From positions 26,201-90,200 of the forward strand of contig JAPPGE010000022.1 in the NCBI GenBank assembly GCA_028821455.1: DNA of 64,000 nt, in the 5' to 3' direction. The notes under the pieces were generated by a model, which saw only the letters and a list, made by a program, of their open reading frames with translations, was not told where the DNA came from and did not search any database. Of this stretch, positions 57,379-64,000 are shown in pieces (the first letter of the stretch is position 1; the number at the start of each line of letters is the position of its first letter). Made by a program: the position numbers and the translations under genes. Source of the DNA: a bacterium. Lineage in GTDB: Bacteria > Pseudomonadota > Alphaproteobacteria > SP197.

Positions 57379-57612
57379 GGGCACCTGCCGGAATTGCAAC
57401 CCGCACGGACTCCCGGAAGACGCCTTGCGGACTCAGATGCCGATATCGCACCGCATCTCGAAGGCAGGTCCGGCGCCGGGATTGCGCCCCAGGAGATCAC
57501 GGACCTGCGGGCGGTGAAGGAATTCCAGCGGGCTGCACGTCCAGAAGTTCTCGCCGTCAATCAGGGAGCAGGCTGCGCGCACCGTCCCGGAGGTCACCGT
57601 CGAGGAGGTCGA

Positions 57613-58578
57613 TCACGAAGGTCCGTCGTCATAGGAGAATGCTCGGGCCATCCGCGATACCAGATAGTCGCCGCAGGCAATCGGATCGTGACCCGGAATC
57701 TCGCCGTCCGTGCACGATACCAAGGGATCGATCAGGGTGTCGAAATCGGGGTCGAAAGCCAGAACGATCGACAGTCTCTCGCGTCCCGACCTGTTGATCA
57801 CCCGGTGCGGTGTCGAACGCAGCTTTCCGTTACTCCACCGCTCCAGCAGGTCACCCACATTGACGACAAGTGTGCCCGGAACGGGAGGTGCGGCGACCCA
57901 TTCGCCTTCGTAGTCCTGCACGTGGAGGCCTCCGACCTCGTCCTGGCAGAGCACGGTCAGAACTCCGAAATCAGTGTGCGGGGATACGCCGAAGACTTCC
58001 GGTCCCAGTGTGTCGGGTTGAGGCGGATAGTAGGTCAGTGAAGCCCGGCTGAGCGGCCTGGAGGTGGTTTGAAGAAAAGCGTTGGCTGGCAGGCCAAGCC
58101 CCAGGGCGCAACCGCGCAGGACATGTCGGGCAACGTCGCTGGCGCTCACGAGATAGCGTTCCAGAAGCGGACGCAGACCCGGCATCGACACGGGCCACTG
58201 ATTGACACCCTGCAAGGGCCTGCGGTGTTGTGATCGGGGGAAGTCATGACCCCACACGAAACTCTCCTTGAGGTCCGCAATGGCGTCGTCATCCATCTTT
58301 GAGGCGCCGGGTCTCAGGTAGCCCCGGTGGTCCTTGCTGATGGAGACTGCCCGCTTGCTCTCGTCGTCCTGCCGGAAGAATTCCAGTCCCATTTGATGTG
58401 CTTCTGCGATCAGCTCCGGATCGATTCCGTGGTTGCGGATATAGAGAAACCCGACATCCCGGCTCGCTTCGTGGATTTCCCTGGCAACACCGAATTCTGC
58501 GGAACCGTCGCGCAACGGACCGATGTCGATGATCGGTATGACGGAGGTGTCGATCTCCTTGTGTGCGGCGTAACCCAT
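57613..58578 (-). CDS. 2-oxoglutarate/Fe(II)-dependent oxygenase (isopenicillin-N-synthase-like)
   Basis: SVIPIIDIG is the N-terminal DIOX_N motif. PHTDFGVLTVL...STPHRV is the HxD...H facial triad with RxS. Confidence 0.8.
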   Translation of the reverse strand: MGYAAHKEIDTSVIPIIDIGPLRDGSAEFGVAREIHEASRDVGFLYIRNHGIDPELIAEAHQMGLEFFRQDDESKRAVSISKDHRGYLRPGASKMDDDAIADLKESFVWGHDFPRSQHRRPLQGVNQWPVSMPGLRPLLERYLVSASDVARHVLRGCALGLGLPANAFLQTTSRPLSRASLTYYPPQPDTLGPEVFGVSPHTDFGVLTVLCQDEVGGLHVQDYEGEWVAAPPVPGTLVVNVGDLLERWSNGKLRSTPHRVINRSGRERLSIVLAFDPDFDTLIDPLVSCTDGEIPGHDPIACGDYLVSRMARAFSYDDGPS

Positions 58579-58579
58579 G

Positions 58580-59191
58580 TCAGGTCTCTCCTGTCGTCTC
58601 ACCGGCTGCTTTCCCGGGTGAGACATAGAATCCCACCACGTCACCCGCGAGGGTCACGCCAAGCCCGTTGAGCAGGCGGTTGACGTAGTTGAAGTAGCCG
58701 CAGATCTGGTTGACTTCAAGAATTGCGCCGTCGTCAACGCCGCATTCCCGCATGGCTGCAAGATCGCTTTCGACCATCGCGCCGGGCTCGAGGGTCAGTT
58801 TCTCGGCATAGCGGAGCATGGCGAGATGAGCTGTCTCGAATGCAGTCTCCGGACGCCCGGATCTGAGCGCGGCCAGGATGGCGTCGGCGCGTTCGTCATC
58901 CGCGATGAGGTGGCGGGCGTTGGCGAAGTGGTTGGAGAGGGAGTAGTCGCAACGGTTGAGAATGCTGACCCAGGAGGCGATCACTTCCTGAAACCACATC
59001 GGCAGCTCGTTTCCATCGTTGTGCAGGACGCTCATGTAGAGCTCCCAGTGGCCCATCATGGTGTGCGGCCGCAGCGAATGGACACGCATGACATTGTCCA
59101 CCCGGCCGGAGGGGCCGCGGGCTCTTTCGAGAGTGGCCTTCAATTCGGGCGAGGCCTTCGCATCCTCGATCATGGTGATCCAGGCCGTCAT
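58580..59191 (-). CDS. Carboxymuconolactone decarboxylase (CMD/AhpD-like) family protein
   Basis: An AGGAGA ribosome-binding site is present. ...ILNRCDYSLSNHFANARH matches the CMD-family CxxxH-like region. Confidence 0.7.
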   Translation of the reverse strand: MTAWITMIEDAKASPELKATLERARGPSGRVDNVMRVHSLRPHTMMGHWELYMSVLHNDGNELPMWFQEVIASWVSILNRCDYSLSNHFANARHLIADDERADAILAALRSGRPETAFETAHLAMLRYAEKLTLEPGAMVESDLAAMRECGVDDGAILEVNQICGYFNYVNRLLNGLGVTLAGDVVGFYVSPGKAAGETTGET

Positions 59192-59348
59192 GGACTGTCT
59201 CCTCTCTCGCGTGGCTTTCCGGCAGGAAACCCGGAAGCCGGGGCACATGGGAACCGTGCCTGGAAATTCAGCTGGATCGTCAGATCCGTGGCCACGAGAC
59301 GGCCCTTGCAGGACGCCAGCCACGTCGATGGAGGTTCAACCGACTCCA

Positions 59349-60788
59349 TCAGTTCCGGGTTCCAGAGCGTGTCAAGCGGTCGCCCGCATCGGCGAGCATG
59401 GTGATCGTACGGCGTATGTCGTCCTCGCTGGTGCGGGGGTTGATGAGGCACATGCGCTGGACAGTTCGACTGTCCAGAACAGTTGAGGTGACGACAGCCT
59501 CACCAGTCGCCACAATCTCGTGCGGTATCGCGCGATTGATCTCGTCGAGCCTCGCATCCCCGCAAGGTCCGTTGCCGACATAGCGAAACGTGACGATGCC
59601 CAATGAGGCCGGCGAGGTCACCTCGAACCGGTCATCGCGTTCGACTTCCCTGGCCGCCACCTCTGCAAGGACAATGCCCCTGTCGATCGCCTCCCTGATG
59701 GCGTCCAGCCCCAGGCACTGAAGGCTCACCCAGAGCTTGAGGGCCCGGAATCCGCGGCTCAACTGGATGCCGTAGTCGCAGAAGTTGATTTCCTGACCGA
59801 TTGTCTTTGCGTCCTGCATGTAGTCGGCGGAAGTGCGAAACGTCTCGGCCAGCAGGACCCTGTCACGAACCAGGACGGCGCCGATTTCGTACGGCTGGAA
59901 CATCCACTTGTGGGGATCGAGAACCAGGGAATCGGCGCGCCCGAGGTCCGCCAGCAGTTCCCCGGACCGCCGGCCGAGCGCCGCGCTTGCACCGTAGGCA
60001 CCGTCAATGTGAAACCACATCTCTTCGTCACTGCAGATGTCGGCCAGGGGAGCCAGTGGATCGACGGCACCGGTGTTGGTCGAGCCTGCATTGGCAACGA
60101 CACAGAATGGCTGTTTCCCCTGGGCGCGATCACTGGCAATGGCCAGGCGAAGACGATCGGGATCGAGCCTGAAGTGGCGGTCGGCCCCGATCCGGTGCAG
60201 CTGATACGATCCGAAGCCGAGCAGGTAGAGCGCCTTGTCGACGGACGCGTGCACCTGATCGGAGCAATAGATGACAGCGTCGTCCGTTCGATCACCGAGC
60301 CTGTCGCGGCGCGCGACCGCCAGACCGGTCAGATTGGCCACCGAACCGCCGCTGACAAACAGACCCCCCGACTGTGGCGGCAGGCCGACCGTTCGGCACA
60401 ACCAGTCGATCAGGGAGAGTTCGAGGGCAGCCGGTCCGGAGCTTTCGAGCCAGGTGCCGGTAAAGACGTTGAAACCGGACGCCAATACGTCGCCCAGCAC
60501 GCCATAGAAGTTGCTGGGACCGGGTACGAAGGCGAAGTATCGGGGGTGGTTGCAAAGCAGGCTGTTGCCGAAAATGTCTTTCTCGACGTGTGACAGGACT
60601 TCCGCGAAGGGGCGTCCCCTGTCGGGTGGATCGGCGGAGAAGAGTTCCGCCATCTCGCCCGCGGAGCCGACATGACCGACCGTACGGTCTGAAAGCGTGG
60701 CGAGGTGTTCGACCAGCAGGTCGATGGCGGCATAGCCGTCACGCCGCATCTCTTCGAGGTCGGGCTCAAGCCGTCCTTCTCCGGACAT
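59349..60788 (-). CDS. Group II pyridoxal-dependent decarboxylase (aromatic-amino-acid / DABA / CSAD family)
   Basis: SGGSVANLTGL, and the PLP lysine in LVLDPHKWMFQPYEIG. A GGAG ribosome-binding site precedes the internal Met at 60788. Confidence 0.85.
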   Translation of the reverse strand: MSGEGRLEPDLEEMRRDGYAAIDLLVEHLATLSDRTVGHVGSAGEMAELFSADPPDRGRPFAEVLSHVEKDIFGNSLLCNHPRYFAFVPGPSNFYGVLGDVLASGFNVFTGTWLESSGPAALELSLIDWLCRTVGLPPQSGGLFVSGGSVANLTGLAVARRDRLGDRTDDAVIYCSDQVHASVDKALYLLGFGSYQLHRIGADRHFRLDPDRLRLAIASDRAQGKQPFCVVANAGSTNTGAVDPLAPLADICSDEEMWFHIDGAYGASAALGRRSGELLADLGRADSLVLDPHKWMFQPYEIGAVLVRDRVLLAETFRTSADYMQDAKTIGQEINFCDYGIQLSRGFRALKLWVSLQCLGLDAIREAIDRGIVLAEVAAREVERDDRFEVTSPASLGIVTFRYVGNGPCGDARLDEINRAIPHEIVATGEAVVTSTVLDSRTVQRMCLINPRTSEDDIRRTITMLADAGDRLTRSGTRN

Positions 60789-60976
60789 GCGGTCTTGCTC
60801 CGGCCGATGGTTCATGGTGCTGATCCCGGACCGTCGGCATGCTCCGGTACAACAATGTCAAGCCAGCAGATCGGGTCGGCCATCGTCCTTTCCCCGAAAG
60901 GTCCGTCGTGACACATTCACAAAGCACCGACCTTCCACGCTCACCAGCCTAGGTAGCCGGTCCGTCCCCCGTCAAC

Positions 60977-60990
60977 ACTGTGATCACAGT
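60977..60990. promoter_or_regulatory. Perfect 14-bp palindrome ACTGTGATCACAGT (candidate operator)
   Basis: Seen in sequence, in the lower-GC divergent region between the decarboxylase operon and the EEP gene. Confidence 0.3.
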
Positions 60991-61182
60991 ACCGGGCGTC
61001 GGGGTGTTCCCTTCTTCCAGCGACGGTTCCACGGGAGACGTCATTATCGAACTGATTCGATGATGGAAATCCTTCCCGGTTGCTGAACGTGAGCCACAAT
61101 TGAATGTGGGCGGGGTGAAGAACTCGCTTGTCCCCGTGAAATCCGGTTATCAAGTATCTGCGGGCAATGTTCGGCAACCGGG

Positions 61183-61953
61183 ATGCGCATAGTCACATGG
61201 AACTGCAGGATGGCATTGCATCGCAAGATCGATGCCCTGATGGCGCTGCGCCCGGACCTTGCCGTGATCCCGGAAGCGGGCGCGCCGGAACGTCTGGTAG
61301 AGCGGAATCCGGCCCTGGCGGAAGCATCCCTGGTCTGGGTCGGCAGGAATCCGCACAAGGGGCTCCTGCTGGCCGGTTTCGGCACGACGCGTCTCGAGTT
61401 CAACCGACACCGCCATGACGGCAGGCTGCACTGGATGGCGCCTGTCGCTGCGCACGGGCTTCCCGGCCTGGATGGACCTCTCCACCTTCTCGGCGTCTGG
61501 GCGCAGAACGCCAGCGAAGGCAACTGGCGAAAGGACAATCCCGGATACGTTCAGCAGGCACTGCGGCGCTATCGCCGGTTCCTGCGGTCGGCTCCTTCCG
61601 TCGTTGCCGGCGATTTCAACAACCACGTCCTGTGGGACCGTCCCGGATGGCAGTCGAACCATGCCAACGAAGTCCGCAGTCTGGCGCGCCTTGGACTGGT
61701 CAGCGCCTACCATGCCTCGCGCGGTGTCGAGGCCGGCGACGAGCCTGAACCGACATTCTACTGGCGCAGCCGGACAATCGACACGCCGACCTACCACATT
61801 GACTACGTATTCATGCCGCAGGAATGGACGAAGCGGCCCTTCGACCTGGACGTTGGCCGTTACGAGGACTGGATTGGATCAGGCTTGAGCGACCACGTGC
61901 CGCTGGTGCTCGAGGTCACGCCTTCTCACGGTGTGAAAGGGCAACAGCAATGA
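61183..61953 (+). CDS. Endonuclease/exonuclease/phosphatase (EEP) family protein
   Basis: MRIVTWNCRM...SDHVPLVLEV are the EEP N- and C-terminal motifs. Confidence 0.75.
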   Translation: MRIVTWNCRMALHRKIDALMALRPDLAVIPEAGAPERLVERNPALAEASLVWVGRNPHKGLLLAGFGTTRLEFNRHRHDGRLHWMAPVAAHGLPGLDGPLHLLGVWAQNASEGNWRKDNPGYVQQALRRYRRFLRSAPSVVAGDFNNHVLWDRPGWQSNHANEVRSLARLGLVSAYHASRGVEAGDEPEPTFYWRSRTIDTPTYHIDYVFMPQEWTKRPFDLDVGRYEDWIGSGLSDHVPLVLEVTPSHGVKGQQQ

Positions 61954-62076
61954 ACATGGGGCGGCGTAGCCGGACCTGTCGCCAGTCTTCATCCGCCCTG
62001 ACGTGCCCGCAGCAAAACCGGGTCCTCGAACGAATGTCGAGCCTCAATCCTGTACAGGCCCCGCCACTCGTCAAGA

Positions 62077-62087
62077 CTGTGATCACG
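62077..62087. promoter_or_regulatory. Second copy of the ACTGTGATCAC half-palindrome, about 30 nt upstream of the soxB start
   Basis: GACTGTGATCACGGATTGACAGG. Confidence 0.3.
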
Positions 62088-62117
62088 GATTGACAGGAAA
62101 GGTCGGGACCGAGCAGA

Positions 62118-63389
62118 TTGCCGGAGCGTGCCATGGCCCACTACTCCTTCTTTCACCTGGTGGCGACTGCTCTCGGTCTTGGTCCCCGTTCGGGGCCCGC
62201 GTTCGGCCGGGCCGTGCCCCGGGCACGATACGACGTCGCGATCGTAGGCGGCGGCGGTCATGGTCTGGCGACCGCCTACTACCTGGCCAGGGAACACGGT
62301 GTCAGCGATGTCGTGGTCATCGAGAAGGGCTGGCTGGGCGGTGGCAACACCGGGCGCAACACGACCATCGTGCGCGCCGACTACCTTTTGCCGGGCAACC
62401 TGGAGTTCTTCGGCCACGCGCTCTCGATGTGGCCGGACCTGTCGCGCGAACTCAATTTCAATGTCATGTTCAGCCCGCGCGGATACCTGGACCTTGCCCA
62501 TTCGGACGGCCAGCTCGACCACTTCGTCCGCCGTGCCAACATGCTGAACCTCAAGGGGATTCAGGCTCGGGTTGTCGATCCCCAGACCCTGCGCGAACTG
62601 GAACCCGCCCTCGACGTGGGCTCCAAACCACCGGTCCCGGTGCTCGGCGGTCTGGTCCAGGACGGCGCCGGGACGGCCCGCCATGACGCCGTCGCCTGGG
62701 GATACGCCAGGGGCGCACACGGGCTCGGCGTTGACATCGTTCAGAATTGCGAGGTGACCGGACTGAGGCTTGAGCATGGACGCATCGCCGGCGTCGAGAC
62801 CAGTCACGGCATGATCAAGGCCGATAAAGTTGTCGTTTCCGTCGCCGGCCATTCCAGCCGGCTTGCGGCCATGGCGGGGATCGACCTGCCGATCGAGACC
62901 TATGCCGTACAGGCCTTCGTCTCCGAACCCTTGAAACCGGTTCTCAAGCGCGTCACCAACATGAACATCGGTTTCGCCTATGCCAGCCAGACAGACAAGG
63001 GCGAAATTGTCATGGGCGGCAATCTCGAACCGCTGGCAAGTTATGCCCAGCGCGGCAGCGTCGTCAGGCTCGGCGAGACCGCTTCCAGGCTCGTGCACAT
63101 CATGCCGTTCCTGAGCCGCGTGCGACTGATGCGTGCCTGGGGCGGCATTGCCGATGTCACCGCCGACGGCAGTGCGATCGTCGGTCCGACACCGGTCGGC
63201 GGCCTCTATCTCAACGCCGGCTGGGGATACTCCGGCTTCAAGGCGACACCGGCCGCCGGCTGGTGCATGGCCCATACGGTGGCGACCGGCGAAGTTCATC
63301 CACTGATTCGGCCGCTGGGTCTCGAACGGTTCACGACCGGCGCCCTGCTCGATGAAGGCGGTGCCGGTCCCTACACCTGGCTCCACTGA
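62118..63389 (+). CDS. soxB: Sarcosine oxidase (or N-methylglutamate dehydrogenase) beta subunit
   Basis: YDVAIVGGGGHGLATAYYLAREHGVSDVVVIEKGWLGGGNTGRNTTIVR: near-identical motifs to SoxB. Confidence 0.9.
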   Translation: MPERAMAHYSFFHLVATALGLGPRSGPAFGRAVPRARYDVAIVGGGGHGLATAYYLAREHGVSDVVVIEKGWLGGGNTGRNTTIVRADYLLPGNLEFFGHALSMWPDLSRELNFNVMFSPRGYLDLAHSDGQLDHFVRRANMLNLKGIQARVVDPQTLRELEPALDVGSKPPVPVLGGLVQDGAGTARHDAVAWGYARGAHGLGVDIVQNCEVTGLRLEHGRIAGVETSHGMIKADKVVVSVAGHSSRLAAMAGIDLPIETYAVQAFVSEPLKPVLKRVTNMNIGFAYASQTDKGEIVMGGNLEPLASYAQRGSVVRLGETASRLVHIMPFLSRVRLMRAWGGIADVTADGSAIVGPTPVGGLYLNAGWGYSGFKATPAAGWCMAHTVATGEVHPLIRPLGLERFTTGALLDEGGAGPYTWLH

Positions 63390-63398
63390 CGCCGCGCC

Positions 63399-63656
63399 AT
63401 GCTGATCATTTCCTGCCCGTGGTGCGGCGAACGAGACGAGAGCGAATTCAGCTACGGCGGTCCCGCGCGGCCCCTGCCGCCACTGGATGCGGACGCGGCG
63501 GCGTGGCGCCGCGCTCTCTACACCCGTGACAACCCCAAGGGGTGGCACGAAGAATTGTGGTTCCACGGCTTTGGTTGCCGGCAGTGGATCGTCGTCTCCA
63601 GACACACGGTGTCCCAGGAGATTGCCGACAGCCGGCCACCGGAGACCCCGCCGTGA
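63399..63656 (+). CDS. soxD: Sarcosine oxidase delta subunit
   Basis: MLIISCPWCGERDESEFSYGG is the SoxD zinc-ribbon N-terminus. Confidence 0.85.
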   Translation: MLIISCPWCGERDESEFSYGGPARPLPPLDADAAAWRRALYTRDNPKGWHEELWFHGFGCRQWIVVSRHTVSQEIADSRPPETPP

Positions 63657-64000
63657 CCGCGGCAGGCCACAGCCGCCGCCTGGCAAAGGGCGGTATGATC
63701 GACCGCTCGCGGCCGCTTGCCTTTGCCTTCAATGGCCGGACCTTGTCCGGTTACGAGGGCGATACACTGGCTTCGGCCCTGATGGCCAATGGTGTCGACG
63801 TGGTGGCGCGCAGTCTCAAGTACCATCGGCCGCGTGGCATCATGACCGACGGCCCCGAGGAGCCCAATGCCGTCGTCACCGTCGGCGAAGGGTCATCACG
63901 CACACCCAATCTCAAGGCCACCGAGGTCATCCTCCATGACGGGCTCGTCACACGGTCACAGAACTGCTGGCCGTCCGTGAATCACGACGTGGGCGCCGTG
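63653..64000 (+). CDS. soxA: Sarcosine oxidase alpha subunit, N-terminal part (continues beyond the window)
   Basis: The GTG overlaps the soxD stop (GTGA). ...RPLAFAFNGRTLSGYEGDTLASALMANGVDVVARSLKYHRPRGI is the SoxA N-terminus. Not in the ORF track (no ATG and no stop). Confidence 0.8.
   Translation, partial: MTAAGHSRRLAKGGMIDRSRPLAFAFNGRTLSGYEGDTLASALMANGVDVVARSLKYHRPRGIMTDGPEEPNAVVTVGEGSSRTPNLKATEVILHDGLVTRSQNCWPSVNHDVGAV

Noticed and set aside
1-64000. rRNA, tRNA, IS elements, integrases, CRISPR arrays
   Set aside because: No rRNA, tRNA, transposase/integrase or CRISPR array was recognised.

Overview
High-GC (about 65%) window that looks like an alphaproteobacterial chromosome, densely coding (about 60 genes), with no rRNA, tRNA, CRISPR array or transposase recognised. 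Both ends carry quaternary-amine and methylated-compound catabolism genes. On the left: a partial FAD oxidoreductase, a homocysteine S-methyltransferase, an operon of a PotD/PotF-like binding protein, a TMADH/StcD/DgcA-like flavoprotein and a Rieske oxygenase, and a DmdA-like GcvT-family aminomethyltransferase. On the right: soxB, soxD and the start of soxA. In between lie a permuted glutamate-synthase-like gene cluster next to an Amt transporter, a TPP-riboswitch-controlled thiamine ABC importer, cystathionine beta-synthase, a low-GC Fic island preceded by a tandem AATTGGATG repeat block and a decayed VOC-family gene, a glycosyltransferase/deacetylase/phosphatase locus translationally coupled to a binding-protein-dependent ABC importer, and a PLP-decarboxylase / CMD / 2OG-oxygenase operon. 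The most interesting feature is a three-gene, translationally coupled module at 17034-21141. It encodes a membrane sensor with a histidine-kinase-like ATPase domain, an OLD-family ATPase/Toprim nuclease, and a 2H (HxT) phosphoesterase. That partner combination is not one of the described OLD classes (solo, Gabija, PARIS, retron). The other unusual loci are a vapB-like antitoxin with a degraded toxin, a 911-aa ABC exporter with a split nucleotide-binding domain (NBD) coupled to a cNMP-binding protein, and a palindrome shared by two promoter regions. The ORF track labels GTG and TTG starts as M. Several gene starts below were moved to internal start codons that sit next to a ribosome-binding site or overlap the upstream stop (ATGA/GTGA).
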